Positions 42,681 to 56,389 of a stretch of DNA of 64,000 bases are shown here, one piece after another (position 1 is the first letter of the stretch; every line of letters begins with the position of its first letter). Source of the stretch: Eledone cirrhosa (lineage: Eukaryota); NCBI GenBank assembly GCA_964016885.1, contig OZ024742.1, positions 85,994,001 to 86,058,000 of the forward strand, written 5' to 3'. The translations under genes and the position numbers were made by a program. A model generated the notes under the pieces. The model did not search any database and was not told the DNA's origin. It saw only the letters and a list, made by a program, of their open reading frames with translations.

Positions 42681-42925
42681 CTATCTATCTATCTAAGGCG
42701 GGTAACATTCCCGAGATCCATGGACGAATTCTCTCCAGCGGTCTCTGTCCCTCATTATCGCTGCCATGTCCTGCGTCTCCAACAGACCAGTGTCTGTCCT
42801 TAGGGTATCAACATAGGTTAACCTTGGTCTTCCTCTTCTAGTGTGTACATGTAGGGGCTTCCACAGGAGCACTGAGTGCAACGTCAACTCTGGATGTCGG
42901 TGAGCACGTCCAGCCAACCTCAATT
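42681..42925 (-). mobile_element. 3' fragment of an RTE-group LINE
   Basis: LRLAGRAHRHPE...VLLWKP...RRGRPRLTYVDTL...MRDRDRWR, followed by an (ATAG)n tail. Confidence 0.8.
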
Positions 42926-43214
42926 GAAACACTATTAAGTTAAAATTGTATGGATACCTACAGAATTCATATCCACTTTTGTATATGCATTGTTTTCTAA
43001 TCTTACATGGAAAGTATCAATTCCCTTATTTCCTTATAATATATAACCAGCAATTTCTCTGTCTGTCTGTCCGATGCGTAGAGAGAGAGTGAGAGTGAAA
43101 GAAAGAGACAGACTACAAGAAGGGGATAGCGGGAGGGAGAGAGGGAGACGCTGGAAGAGGGGAAGGAAAGCTATGTCTTGCTGTCTGCATTACGATACAT
43201 ATATATATACACAC

Positions 43215-43494
43215 ACACACTGAGCGCGTGATAATGACGTAATGCAGACGGATATTATAAGGGCGCAACGTTATATATATGTATCTATCTAAAAAGAAAG
43301 ACTAATAATTATATAGAGAGAACGCTAAATCGCCTAATGCGGTCCCTAGGGCATTGAACATTTGAAATAATTTTAGCTCAAAACACTTACAGGATCATAA
43401 GTATTTCATGTCTAAAGTTTGAAAACAATCGGTAGGATGGTTCTCAAGGTTTAGTGAGCTGACAGACAGACATTCTCTGTTTTAGATATATAGA
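43215..43494 (-). mobile_element. Non-autonomous Helitron-like element, inverted partial copy
   Basis: Minus strand starts TCTATATATCTAAAACAGAGAATGTCTGTCTGT and is a diverged inverse of 43532-43820. Confidence 0.65.
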
Positions 43495-43531
43495 CTAGTA
43501 GAAAGTCGCCCTCCGCATGGTTTTCTGCTAG

Positions 43532-44427
43532 TCTATATATATAAAACTGAGGATGTCTGTCTGTGTGTATGTGAGTTTGAATCCCTAAAAATCGAGAAAC
43601 ACCCAACCGACTGTTTTCAAACTTTACACATGTAATACTTATGTTTCATGGAGTGTTAAGAGCAAAAAACATTGTGAAAGTTTCAATGTACTAGGGACCG
43701 CATTAGGCGATTTAGCGATCTCTCTCTATAATTCTTAGGCTTTATCTTTTTAGATAGATACATACATATAACGTCGCGCCCTTATAATATCTGTCTGTAT
43801 GTCTGACTGTCTGCATTATGTCACTTCCCTGAGGATGGCTGTATGTGTGTGTGTCACTGTGTTTGAATCCCTAAAACTCGAGAAATTCCCAACCGTCTTT
43901 TTTCAACCTTTACATGTGTATTATTTATGTTTCAGGGAGTGTTATGAACATAAAATAATTCCAGTTTTTGATCCCTTAGGGCCCGCATTAGATGAAACAC
44001 TGCGTTTTTTCAGGTGTTTAGGGGTTTTTTGAGGCGTTACGTCAGACCTATTTCCTTGAAATTTTAACTATGTATTAGTCACTCTATTCTTCATACCCTG
44101 AGCAAAGAAAATCCAACTTTGTTATTGCCTAGGGCCAACATTAGGTGAAAAACTTCATTTTGTCATCTTTTTAGGGCTTTTTTGAGGCGTTATGTCTAGC
44201 TGATTTTCCCACAATTCTTAAAGCATATTATTAGGTTTCAAAGCATTAGGATAAAATCTGATTTTTCCTGCTTCATCGAGTAAAATATTAAAGATTATCC
44301 TGCCATCAGAGTATTCGGTTTATTTTCTTTACATATTGTCCCACATGCAGTTTTACCACCATTCGGTCTGTTGGCGGCCCTCGTTCCAAAATACTTTATC
44401 CCGTGCAACACCGGGTACGACTGCTAG
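43532..44427 (+). mobile_element. Non-autonomous Helitron-like element
   Basis: 5' TC start (TCTATATATATAAAA, then (TCTG)n), internal sub-repeats, subterminal hairpin cccg...cggg (44400-44415) and 3' CTAG (44424-44427) followed by T. Confidence 0.75.
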
Positions 44428-44929
44428 TAATCAATATTACTATTACTTCATAGTAGCCAAAAGCTTTTCTTCCTCATATAAATCATATTTACATTTTTTT
44501 TTTAGATCTCACGCGTTATTAACTATTAAATAAATCGATTATTACCGTTTCATATTCTATCTCTAGTTAATTTCATATTTTCGTTTAAGGTTTACTCCGA
44601 GCAGGATATATCAGTCTTCCATGTAAAAAGTTCCGATTGATTTTCAAAAATGAAATCATCTATCCATTACCAATGCCATGACATTCATTGTTTGATTTAT
44701 TGTAGGATGGCGAATCATTCTATTATAGATATTTGAACCACCTAATTCTTCATTGGTATATATGTATTCACCTGTATAATTAAACGAATTGCCATAGTTC
44801 CTCTTATTCTGTCGTTCAATATTATTTGTTTTGTTTTTGATGTTCTTCTCCTCCACCACCTTCATCATAATCAACAGAATAATCTTCTTCATAATCAACA
44901 GAATAATCTTCTTCTTCTTCTTCTTCTTC

Positions 44930-44976
<47 letters not shown>

Positions 44977-45192
44977 GAATGCTATGGTGGACGGAGGCTC
45001 GGCTCTGTAAGGTATTGTAAATTTTGAACGCTATAACAATTGTAAATTGTTTAAAACTTTAACTAACTTGTAGACAAAGACACCCTCCTCCTCGTGAGAG
45101 GGGTCTTTCTGCCCGTTATTTGGCCCTTCGGGGTTAAATAACTGCTTATTGGGGTTTTGTGCCCAATATTTATTTTAAACAAAAAAAACAAC

Positions 45193-47271
45193 ATGGCTAC
45201 GAAAAAGAATTTTCATAGATCACTCCCACTCAGTCCGTCTTCTTCTTCCTCAATCATCACTACAGCAGAGAGAAGATTGTCTCTCTCCCTCCCTTCTTTA
45301 AATGTGTCTCTCTCCCTCCCTTCTCTTTCGCAAGCGACGACAAAAAAGAAAAGTCTCGTGCAAAGCGTGCAAGAATTCTCCACGACGAAGACGACAACGA
45401 CGAAACAGGTGTGCGGGAAATACGAAAACCCATTTCATTCGTCTGACGTCAGGAATAATAGCAGTAGCAGCCGTAATAACAACAGCAACAGTGACAATGA
45501 AAACAACAGTAGCAGCCGCAACAGCATCACCAGCAGCATAAACAACAACAGCATTAGCAGCAGCTACAGCAACAACAACCACAGCAACAGCGGCGGAGGC
45601 AGTAGTCGTAGTACCTGCAACAACAACAAAAGTAACAGCAGCTCTGACGACAACAACAACAACAGCAGCAAAGAAAAACCAATCTCGTTTGCAGGTATTG
45701 CGAAAAACCTGTAAACAATCCTCATAACGAATGAGGAATTAGAGAAAGCGAAGAAGATCGTGACAAAGACTGGGCACCGAGCAATCTGCAAGGCAGCGGA
45801 AACATTTTTCGAAACCCAACAGCACTGTACGGTCACGTACCGTACAGTAAGTACAAAATCCCGTAGGGTTGAAAGAGCCACAGAGGCTCAAATACAAAAA
45901 GCCTTGGGGTCTGTGTGGCAGAGGAAAACGCACATCACCCGAGGCAAAAAATATGCCACCGTAGACGTACTTTTTTCCACACCCCAGGAGGCAAAGCCTC
46001 AATCCGTAGTGACCCTAAGGAGCGAGGAAATGGTGTTGGTGCCCTCCTACTGCGGGCAAAAAATTGTGAGGGTCAAACTGACCCACGTCCCCCCCCCCCC
46101 GGATGGCCCCTTCTTTTCTGGCCGCGTCTGTCCTCGTCGGAATCGAGGACAAAACAACTGTACTGCAAGTACAGAAAAAAGTAAGAGAAGATTGGGTCGG
46201 CACCTCCATTGAGATGCTAATCCAAACCAACCAGGAGTGCATCGAAGCTATCCCGGATGTGATAGACTTCGATAACGGCACTCAACTGCCCATAAGTGTT
46301 GAGGGCAAACGCCCGAAATGCTTTCGCTGTGGATCAAAGACTCACGTCAGGGCCTTCTGCAACGAGGAGACCCTGAGAAAGGATAAAAAACCCTCCTTCC
46401 GAAACCGGCTCCACGGCTACCAGCAACAGGACAAGCGGCAACCAGGAACGATAGGTCCGTGGCACCCATACCCACGCCACGGAAATCAAAAACAGCAGCA
46501 GCAGTGGAAATATTAACAACAACAACAGCAATACCAAATGCAGCTGCAACAGAGACTGCAGTGCAAACATCACCAACAACAACAAGTGAAAGAGTGGAGC
46601 TGGTACCCCTCCCCGACCTCACAAAATCAGACATGGAGTGTGAGGTGAGAGAGGGATGGCAAAAGGTCGTAAGAAGGCACAAATGCAGAAGCAGCGCATC
46701 GTCGCCTTTGAAAAGGGAGGAAAGAAATGAGAAAAGGGTAAAGTCTACTGCAAAGAGACTCACAGCAGCAACACCACCAACACCATCACCACCGGCGACA
46801 ACCCCACCGCCAACAACACCTTCAACACCGCCACCACAAGCACCAACATCGCAAACACAACAAAATACAGACACCCGGCAACAACGACAAGAAAATAGCA
46901 GAACCACACCCCACCCCCAGAAAAACAAATGCACGGCATTAAATACACACAACAAGAAACTAATGACTTACATAATTGAACACACAGACATTTCACAACA
47001 CGACTACATAATACCAGCACCAATCAAAACGCCAACTAACATAAGACTGCTAAAAATAGCACAGAAACAATGCACAAACATTAAAACGAAATTCCCCAAC
47101 GCAGTTAGTGATTTCAGGGACGTAGCAGGAACTATCAATCGAAGAGTATATTCGGACATACTCATAGAAGAGCCGACGACCAGCCGAAGGGACGATTCAA
47201 CGGTCCCTTCACCAGACGATCAAGTGAAAAGGGATGTAAAAACCATCCCTCCTCTACCAAAAGTACGGTAA
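45193..47271 (+). pseudogene. LINE ORF1 (gag-like, CCHC knuckle), frameshifted
   Basis: PISVEGKRPKCFRCGSKTHVRAFC (CX2CX4HX4C) with T/A/P-rich low-complexity flanks. Split across ORFs 45157, 45760, 46103 and 46459. Confidence 0.8.
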
Positions 47272-47306
47272 GTGGTCTTTCCCATCTTTTCCACTCTATT
47301 TTAAAC

Positions 47307-50300
47307 ATGACGTCACTCAGAATAGGCAGCATAAATGCGCGTGGCTTGGGGTCGTCATGGAAGCAGGGTCACCTGCTCAACGACCTCAGGTCACTAAACA
47401 TAGATGTAGTGGCCATCAGCGAGACCAGAATCTCCGAAGCACGGGCCCTCGCATTGATCTTCGGCGGCTACGATGTGTACGCATATCCCAGCCGTCCTGG
47501 ATCGGGAGGAGGAGTTGCTGTGCTTTTTCGGAGAGGTTTGGATCTCGCCATACGGGCCATCTTCCTGGACCCAGAGGGTAAGTTGGTGGTGCTGGACGTG
47601 ACCAGCGGAGAAGGGAAAGCTTTCAGGCTAGTGGCCATCTATGCCCCGACAGGAGCAGGGCGGCCTGATTTCTTCCGGCGTCTGGAGATCTTTCTTGGAA
47701 CGTCCCGCTCTGTAGTGTTAGTGGGCGAATGGAACGGGATCTTAGATGCACGCTGGGACTGTGTGGGATTAGCGGATAGGGGTGGAGGGTGCAAGAGCCT
47801 CACCAACCTGCTCAGGCGTTTTGAACTGTCTGACAGGTACCGATTGGATTTCCCTAATGTGCCAATGTGGACTTGGACAAATCGCATAGGGTCATCCAGA
47901 TCATATCTAGATAGAGTATTTTGTAGGGAAATAGATAGGTCTAGCATAGGCTGTCCACAATTCAAGATAGTCAGCTACACGGACCACACATTCGTGATCT
48001 GTGTGCTTGACTTAGATAGGCTTCATAGACGAGGACCCGGCTACTGGAAGCTAAACGCGTCCTTGCCAGCGCGCAAGGCCTACAGAGACCGGATTAGCGA
48101 ACTAGTTAAGCGGGCGTTGAAGGGGGCCATCGTCAACAACAAGTGGTGGTTTGCTCTGAAAAGAGCGATTAGAATAGAATCCATTAGGTTTAGTAAGGCT
48201 TTAGCAATAGAGAAAAATAGAACAGAGGGAGAACTAGTTAGAAAATTAGACGAGGCGCTTAGCAAAGGCATTGCGACCGACGTGCTTGCGGCGAAATTGC
48301 CCTTGACCAATTCTTCAATGCAAAGCACGAAGGCTGCTTGTCAGAGCAAGGGTGCGTGCTCTCAGACACAAGGGGACGAAAGCCGTTCAATGGTCCCGAG
48401 TGGCGGAGGCGCGTCGTGGCAACAAAGCCACGATCCGGTCTTTGGTGGACCACGAAGGGCGAATGCTACTCGATCCCGGGCAAATGTGTGAAGCTTTTCA
48501 GCGACACTTCGCTCAGCTGTTCGGGAGCAGCGGTGGGCCGGGTCGAGGGATGGACTTTAGTGTCTACCTCGACGGACTGCCGCGGCTCTCGGCCACTGAG
48601 TCGAACTGTTGAGAAAAGCCGATAACAGCCGCTGAAGTAAGGGTGGCAATGACTGGCTGCACAAGGGGTAAATCGCCTTATTTGGATGGTCTGCCCTATG
48701 AACTTTACGTACAGATGCCAGACTTGTTCGGAGGCATCTTGGCGGACGTCTACTGCAACTGGCAACAGAACGGGAGAATTCCCAGTTCTGTGAGCCGAGG
48801 AGCGGTGGCACTGCTGAGAAAGCATCCGAACAAGGGGGATAACATAGATAATTTCCGGCCCATAACTCTGCTAAACACAGAGTTCAAGATTTTGGTCAAG
48901 GTAAGAGCAAAGAGGTTGGCGCTTGTCGTTGGTGATCTGGTGGGAGAGGCGCAGACATGCGCCATTCCCGACAGATCCATCCACGACAACCTCCACCTCA
49001 TGCGATACATCGTAGAGAGGGTAGCTAGGGAACCTGGCACGGGTGGGTCCTTGATCAATTTAGATCAGTCGAAAGCTTTCGATAGGGTCGAGCATCGTTA
49101 CCCTAGCGGCAGGCCTGAGGGCGGCTGCTTTGGGCCCGTCTTCAGAGGCTGGATCGCTGCCATGCACAGCGACATCTGCTCTGTGGTGAGAGTGAACGGT
49201 CACCTTTCGGAACCGTTCAACATCATGCGCTCGGTCCGCCAAGGATGTCCCCTCTCGTCCCTCTTGTACGTATTGACTCTCGAGCCATTACTGCACAAAC
49301 TGGAGATGTTGAGGGGCGTCCCGCGCGAACTAGGATGCGGAAGATCCGTGTCAGCATATGCGGACGATGTCACCGTAGTGGTGTCGAACGCCAAACACAT
49401 CGAGGCGATCGGCACTACACTAAGAGAATACGAAGCGGTCACAGGAGCAATGATCAACCAGGAAAAGTCAGTGGGCCGGCAGTTCGGCACCTGGAGAGGC
49501 AGGTCCATGCCGTCCAACTGCGTCGTCAGGGTCTGGTTCGGTCCGGACCTCCAGACGGACAAAAACTGGGACGAGGTGACGAGCAGGGTGGCTTCTCTCA
49601 CCCAGAAATGGGCGGAGAGGAAGCTATCCCTGAAAGGTCAAGCGGAGGTGGCTAACGCGTACATCGCGTCTGTCATCTGCTACCGCCTGACCGTCGTACC
49701 TTGTCCTAAGCCTCGCCTGACTGCGCTGGAGCGTTTGCTCTTTCGCTTTTTGTGGAAGAGACGCGCTCCGATGGTCAGGCGGTCCATCTGTTGTCAACAC
49801 CCGCAACGTGGAGGGCTAGGCATGCTGTGGCTGGTGATGCGCAGGCACGCGCTCAGGCTACGACATCTCCACCTCTTCCTCGACGGTGATCAGGTGTGGT
49901 CGCCGTTTGCTAGACACGTTTTTCCCCAGCTCGTTTCCTTGACGGAGCTGCAGTCCTGGGTCAAGCGAAGACCGAGAGGGAGCGCTGGAGACTGGAATGT
50001 CTTCAGGCGCTCACAGCCCTCGACCAATCGGGCAATGTGATCGATGGAAACTCCACCTCGGCGTTCTATAGAGGGTTAGTGGAGGAGAAGAGCGACGACG
50101 TACTTGGGGAAACTCTAGGCGTCGACGAAAATCAACTAGCCAATCTCTTCGGAAGAACTTTCGGGCCAGGGCCTATGGACAACTTCCAGAAATCTTTGGC
50201 CTGGCAGTGCTACCGAGGAGCCTTGCCAGTTCGGGATAAACTCTACAGGCGTGGCGGTGCCGTCAGCCGGGCATTTCCGAGATGCGCGCAGGGCGACGAA

Positions 50301-50560
50301 ACCGTCCTGCACGCACTCGTCCAGTGTCCGAAAATTGCTGACTTGTGGGCTTATGTCGAACACCTGCTGTCGCGTTTAGGACGGATCCGGCTATCATCTG
50401 AGTCCATCGTGAGGATTGCCCCGCCCTCCTCCTTTAGCCGGGATGGGCAGGCAGTTTTTATCTGTCTGGTGGCCATGGCGAAAGAGATAGTATGGTGGAC
50501 ACGTTTGAAAGGGCTGAAGACGAGTACTTACCTCTTCGGTGATGCTCTGATTGATTTTTT
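47307..50560 (+). pseudogene. LINE ORF2 (AP endonuclease, RT, C-terminal Zn-finger-like region), disrupted
   Basis: IGSINARGL, ISETR, IYAP, SYLDR, TDH, PGYWKLN, FRPITLLN, LDQSKAFDRV, VRQGCPLS, AYADD, PRC...ETVLHALVQC. Confidence 0.92.
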
Positions 50561-50780
50561 CTGGGAGAGGGCACTTGCCTTGGTGGTCAGGGTTACTGTG
50601 CTTTCTCCACAAATGTCCCTCCGAAGTCTCCCCCCTATTGGGGAATTTTTCATTGTTATTTTTTGTTACATCCTCTGTTTTTGTTTTTTACACGCAGAAA
50701 TGCCCATTTGTACCGTCCCGTATTGTCCTGCACTGTCCTTAATGTCTACTTTATGTAAACCCTTGTGGTTAATAAAGAAA

Positions 50781-50833
<53 letters not shown>

Positions 50834-52769
50834 GCATCTTTTTCAAGTTCCACTAAGAAAGGAAGGTGAGGTTCGACAGCAAAGTGCTGCCCTCAGTGCA
50901 TTCGTTAAAAAGGTCGATGAATATAGCCAGGTAGATATGAATAAATAGTCGCATTCTGTGTATGCGCCTGCATGCCGGAGATTTCAGAAAGGTCGGTGAC
51001 AATTTTCGCGAGTGCTCTTGGAGGTTAGAGTACTTTTGAATATGCGTTCGAGATCAAGATCATAGATATGACTTCAAGCCCTATAAAAGGGTTTTTAATA
51101 CCATTGTACGATTAAATGACGCTTCCAGATATACTTCTGACACCACATAGGTTTAATGTAGTGTGCTAAAGGTATCATTTAGTTTGGAGACACGATTCAC
51201 GATCATACCATACGTAGCTGAAGATGAGTTCGGTTCAGATTCCTGTAAATAAATCAGTAAATAAATCAGTTCTCATAATTAAGATCCTTGCCAACAACAG
51301 TGATGGAAACATAGGGTACCCGCGTCCCGCTTTCCCTACTTATCATCTACGTTTCTGGGGAGGGGTTTGTCCTTCGATTATGTACACGTATGTCGTCATA
51401 ATGCTATTCGTTAAGCCTAACACTTTACGTATAATATATAAATAAGTTGCGCTACTCCAGTGCAGATATTTACCTCTAATCAAAAGAGCGGTAATGATTA
51501 ACGGATTATTTCATATTACAACGAAATATTACCAGTTGATTAGTCAACTGTATCTCATTACTGTCTCTAACCTGTTATATTGCGACTGATGAAGTATATG
51601 ATTATCTGCATATAGATGAAATTGATGTCTACATGTAACGAAATATCCATATCATTTCGAATACTAGCAAATAACTTGATTGATGTGTTATTTTATCAAA
51701 TTCTTGGGGCCGAATGTAGATGAACTACCAAAAGGTGTGATGATCAAAGGGTTCCTATAAGACTTCAATTTTCACCAAAACATATCCCAACACTCACAAT
51801 GAATAATATAAAATACAACATAGTGATATTTTCCTTCTTGAATCTGTGTGACAGAATATTTCAAATGTCTAAAGTTAAAGCCTATAAATGCATTTAATCC
51901 TAAGGTTTCCATCTTCTGCCATTAGCAAATTTAACATTTAAGAGAGTAAGAAGGTATTCAGGAGACAATTATTGTGGTGACTAAATGACAATTATATATA
52001 TCTCAGTATAGCCTACAAGGGATTTGCTGGTATTGTTTATTCATTCATTGATTAATATTGATATAATGATAATCACAAAATAAGACAATGCAATCTAAAG
52101 TTACAATCAATATTTGTTATGTTCCGTTGATAATAATTATCTCTGTTTACATTATTATAGGTTGAACATTTCACAACAAAATCAACATGTATTTCAGTAA
52201 TGTCTTGACTTGAATGGTCAAGAGAAGAGTAGAGTAATATATCATATAGTAAGACAATGTGAAAATAATGCGAAATACGTCTTTTTAATGTTAACACATT
52301 TTATTAAATATCAACAAATATTCACAATAACTAAAATATCTGAAATATTTATTTAATATTTTACATCTAAATGAATGCCTTTACTGAAACAAGTGTATAG
52401 TTTTAGATCTCAGTGAGGAGAAGAACAGGAAAATAAAACCGTATTCAAGCAACAAGAAAACTCATTTCTAAACAAGTGTATCAATACATACACAATAGAA
52501 ACGATAAGACAGGCATTGAAACCACATACAAATAAATAAATCTGTAACTATTATTCCGTTCGCTCGACTTCTTAGAACAGCTGTCATATCCAATCAACTC
52601 ACAGGTAGAAACGAATATTACACTCGTAATTTTTTTTCTTTTTTTGGGGGGTTAAACTTAATCTGTTATTTAAATTAAAAAAATAAGAACTCTTGGATTA
52701 GGACAATGGTATTGATGAGTTAATATCTGTATACAAAAACTACAACGGTACACGATTGGGCCCACCTAC

Positions 52770-53440
52770 AGCCCCGGCGGACAGAATGAGGAAGGCGTTT
52801 CCCCGGGAGACGGCAAGGGAGAAGCGCTAGAAAAGCAACTCCAACTCGCGGGGCTCACACCTGCGGCTGGCCTGCTCTGTGCCTATGGTGGTGAGTAAGG
52901 AGGTAGGCCTGGGGCCGAGGACACCAGAAGTCTTCCCTGCCAGGGGTATGGCCGCAAACCTGTTGGAGAGAGATCGGTATTTGAGGAGTTTGCCCCCCTC
53001 AGCCCGACATGCAGCAGAACCTCGATCAGTCGCAGACTACACCAGGTTGCGGCTGCAGATGTGTCGGTGCATGTGGCATCCCAGACGAGGAGTTTGCCAC
53101 CCCGGAACGGGAAGATGGTCATGCCATCTGACCTTTTGCCGTCCCCTCGATTCAGCCCCACCGGCTCGAGCTGGGAAGGGAAGCATGCAGCGTTCAAGCC
53201 ATGCTTAATGACCTCGTTGAAGGCAGCATGGCGGGGAATGCGGCCGGCACTGTGGCGACAGGAAAGCGGGTGGAGGCTGAAAGGATCCACGGTTGAACCG
53301 CAGCGACATTGGTGTGGCTGGCAGATCCGGAGGCCGAGCATCAGGGAAACGCCGATGCGCAGGCTATGGTTGTCTAGCTGCGTGCCAGTGGAGAAGGAGG
53401 GCAGGGCATGAATCCAGGCACCACTGTGGGATTTGGATGC
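52770..53440 (-). pseudogene. CRE-clade non-LTR retrotransposon 3' fragment (zinc finger plus restriction-like endonuclease)
   Basis: [13 protein letters not shown]...[48 protein letters not shown]. Confidence 0.85.
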
Positions 53441-54803
53441 AGCACTAAAAAAGCAAGGTGGTACTGATTGGAGATATACTCTGTGTATTTGATTATTCTT
53501 CATTGTGAATGCGATATACCGCAGGCCTGTGTGATGAACTTGATGACGTGGTAATCAACTCTACACTTGCGAAAGCAGTAATACTTTATTGAAAGTATGT
53601 ATTTGGCTCAAAAACTACCCAACAATTGTCGAAGCCTAAATCATTTGGAAATCATTTTTTTTCTGTTTAAACAAATAAATATTCAGCGAAAATAAAGGTT
53701 TACTTTAATGGTTCTGGGTAATATATAACAGATATAAACACACACAACTAGATTGTATACATATAACGTATGTTATGATGTTTTATAGCCTTGCATTGAA
53801 ATAGCGAAGACAACATCAGTAAGTGGATGATTTAAATTGTACATATATAAAATGCAACAAACTGTCTTATATTTATACATAATTCAGAACGTTTCGCCAA
53901 GTCAATTTTCGCCACTCCACATTGTTAAACACAAAATCAGCGTTTAAATATTTTCCATTTTCATATATGCATATATAATGACTATTATACGCAAACCACA
54001 TGCAAAGATTATATGCTGTGCTAGGAGATATGAAACGATGGAAACATGCGTGTTACATTCAACAATTTATCACTAAATGCGTTCCATTAACACTCTGTTG
54101 TTTATAAATGTCCCCTCCAAATAGCATAATTTCAGAGTGTTGGCATTCTCCCATTTTATTTCTTTTCTGAATGGGAACACACCACAATAGACTTTCGGAT
54201 TTGATTTCGGGATATGTGTTGATTGTTTTATAACAGGCTGTATTTCATACAGTGAAAAGTTGCAATCTGTAGAACACGAACTGAAGTAAGGTCAAGTGAC
54301 GCCTTGAAATACTCGTTCATTCTTTCCTTTTTATATTTTATCATCGCTCCACAGTTATATTCCAGTGGAAATGAGATGTGGCGATGTATTTACAAAGGTG
54401 ACAGATATTTACTCTGTTAATGTAATCAATATGATAAGGAATGTATTCATAATTTGCGAAAGAATTTTACATGAACGTGTTACACATGATTCACATCGCT
54501 TAAAAACGGAAACTAACATTCATCGTAGAAGATAGTTAATGGAAATATAATGGAAAGTACATATTCAGTTCATCGCGAAGAATTGCATATTACATTTATC
54601 TCCTAGAGATTAAGTTAAGGGTTTTCTTTTACAAAACATTCTTGAAGAAAATTGATCATATTTCAGAAATTCTGATAACGTCACAATGTATCAGGATGAT
54701 AAATGATCGAACATACATTCTATCTTAGATGTTTGGGAATGCCATTGGAATATTGATACATATATAGTGTGTGTAGGAATGAATATATGAAAACACACAC
54801 AGA

Positions 54804-54865
<62 letters not shown>

Positions 54866-54888
54866 AATATACATATATATATATATAT

Positions 54889-55760
54889 ATTGTTATACTT
54901 TGGGAGAGTCATGATGCCAATAATAAACACACGCACCAGGTGATTCACTTCAATTTATTAAACTAAGCCCCCATATTAACTGTAACACTAGAAATGTAGT
55001 ATATAGCATAAGATGTACTGAATGACAATGTAGAGATAAGAATATAGTGTACATAGTTGAGACAGCTCGTAGTATAAGGGAACGGATAAATGAATACTGG
55101 CGAGAGCTTCAATATATTAAAGAATCATCTGCTCTCCACCAACATGCTAAAATAGAACATAAAGATCAATTAGAGAATATAGAAATAAAAATAGAATCTA
55201 TACACAGAAAAGACGCAATGTTTAGACAAATCACAGAGGCAATAAACATAAATAAACTCCAACCAAAATTAAATAGAAAATATGAATGGAACAGCAACCT
55301 CACAACTTACAATTAAGGACTAAATGAAATCACACACACACACATAGAACAAACAACTAACCAGTAACATGTAAATAAACAAATAAATAAACTAATATAA
55401 ATACACACAGAAACCCGGATGTAACACATGCGCCAACTAAGCACACAAGACAAACAAAAACAAGATGGCGTAGAACATAACACAGGAGAGGCACAAAAAC
55501 AAAGAAAAGAATCCCCAGTCACTGAAGAGGTCACCGAATGTCTGACGAAAGAACTTTGACAATATATGAACACTCGTCTGGTTGTGGAACCAACCAACCA
55601 ACCGAAAATTTATAAATTCCTAAATTTATAATAAATTGAAGTGAACAGAGCTGGTGCGTGTGTTTCTTATTGGCAAAATGACCCTCCCAAAGTATAACAA
55701 TATCGGTTTCAACACACGTTTTTAGATGAAGAATCTTGCTAAACAAATTCAGAAACGACA
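54889..55760 (+). mobile_element. Short Penelope-like insertion: inverted terminal piece, GIY-YIG, terminal repeat with HHR
   Basis: NCNTRNVVYSIRCTE*QC...VYIVETARSIRERINEY...SALHQH...RQITEAINI...PKLNRKYEW. 54889-54960 is inverse to ~55625-55702. (TA)n on both sides. Confidence 0.85.
55518..55560 (+). ncRNA. Minimal PLE-type hammerhead ribozyme
   Basis: gtca-CTGAAGA-g-gtca(ccgaatgtc)tgac-GAAA-gaac-TT-tgac. Confidence 0.7.
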
Positions 55761-55765
55761 TATAT

Positions 55766-55839
<74 letters not shown>

Positions 55840-56290
55840 GTATTAAAATAATAGATTAAAGTTAAAGCAAAGAATCGCTGCTTGCACCCTTAACGGGATC
55901 TTCTGAAACTAAAAAAGTCAATCTGTGAACGCAGAAGTAAATATTTCAAAAAACGTTGCAACCGAAGGAAGACAGGAAGACGATACTTTGGTTTGTGGAA
56001 TAAAGTCGTAGACTAATATTCTATTAGGTGGTTCATGGAGACGGTTTCTAGCAATAAACGGAAAAAACGAAGATAATACGTCATTATGTGGATCAGAGAG
56101 AACAATTACACGCAAAGACAAAACCACGTAATTGGTATAACTGAAGTCCTAGACTAAAATTCTATTTAGGAAGCCGAATGATTCTCGGCTTCAAAGATAG
56201 GAATAAAGTAAATAAAATACAGAGGTAATTGAAATTAAATACATACACACATCCATATACGTACATAGGCAAGCATATACGAAAACATAC
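55840..56290 (-). mobile_element. Second copy of the 18787-19584 non-coding element family
   Basis: Reverse complement of ~19160-19584 with a small internal duplication. Starts in (TA)n. Confidence 0.78.
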
Positions 56291-56389
56291 AACTTCAGTT
56301 ATACCATTTACGTAGTTTTGTTATCTTTATTATTAATATTATTCATACTATTATTGATGATGTAATTTGTATTTGTCAATTCCCCGGTT

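Larger units (their letters stand above)
44976..50782 (+). mobile_element. Near full-length Tx1/L1-like LINE copy B inserted in (TTA)n
   Basis: ORF1 with zinc knuckle, ORF2 APE-RT-zinc finger, AATAAA at ~50771, (TTA)n on both flanks (44930-44975 and 50783-50832). Confidence 0.92.

Noticed and set aside
51582-51632. CTGATGA...GAAA...TC motif
   Set aside because: Stem II is plausible but stems I and III do not pair. At best a dead ribozyme.
52073-52297. 74-aa ORF in non-repetitive AT-rich DNA
   Set aside because: No motif, no splice evidence, and a length expected by chance.
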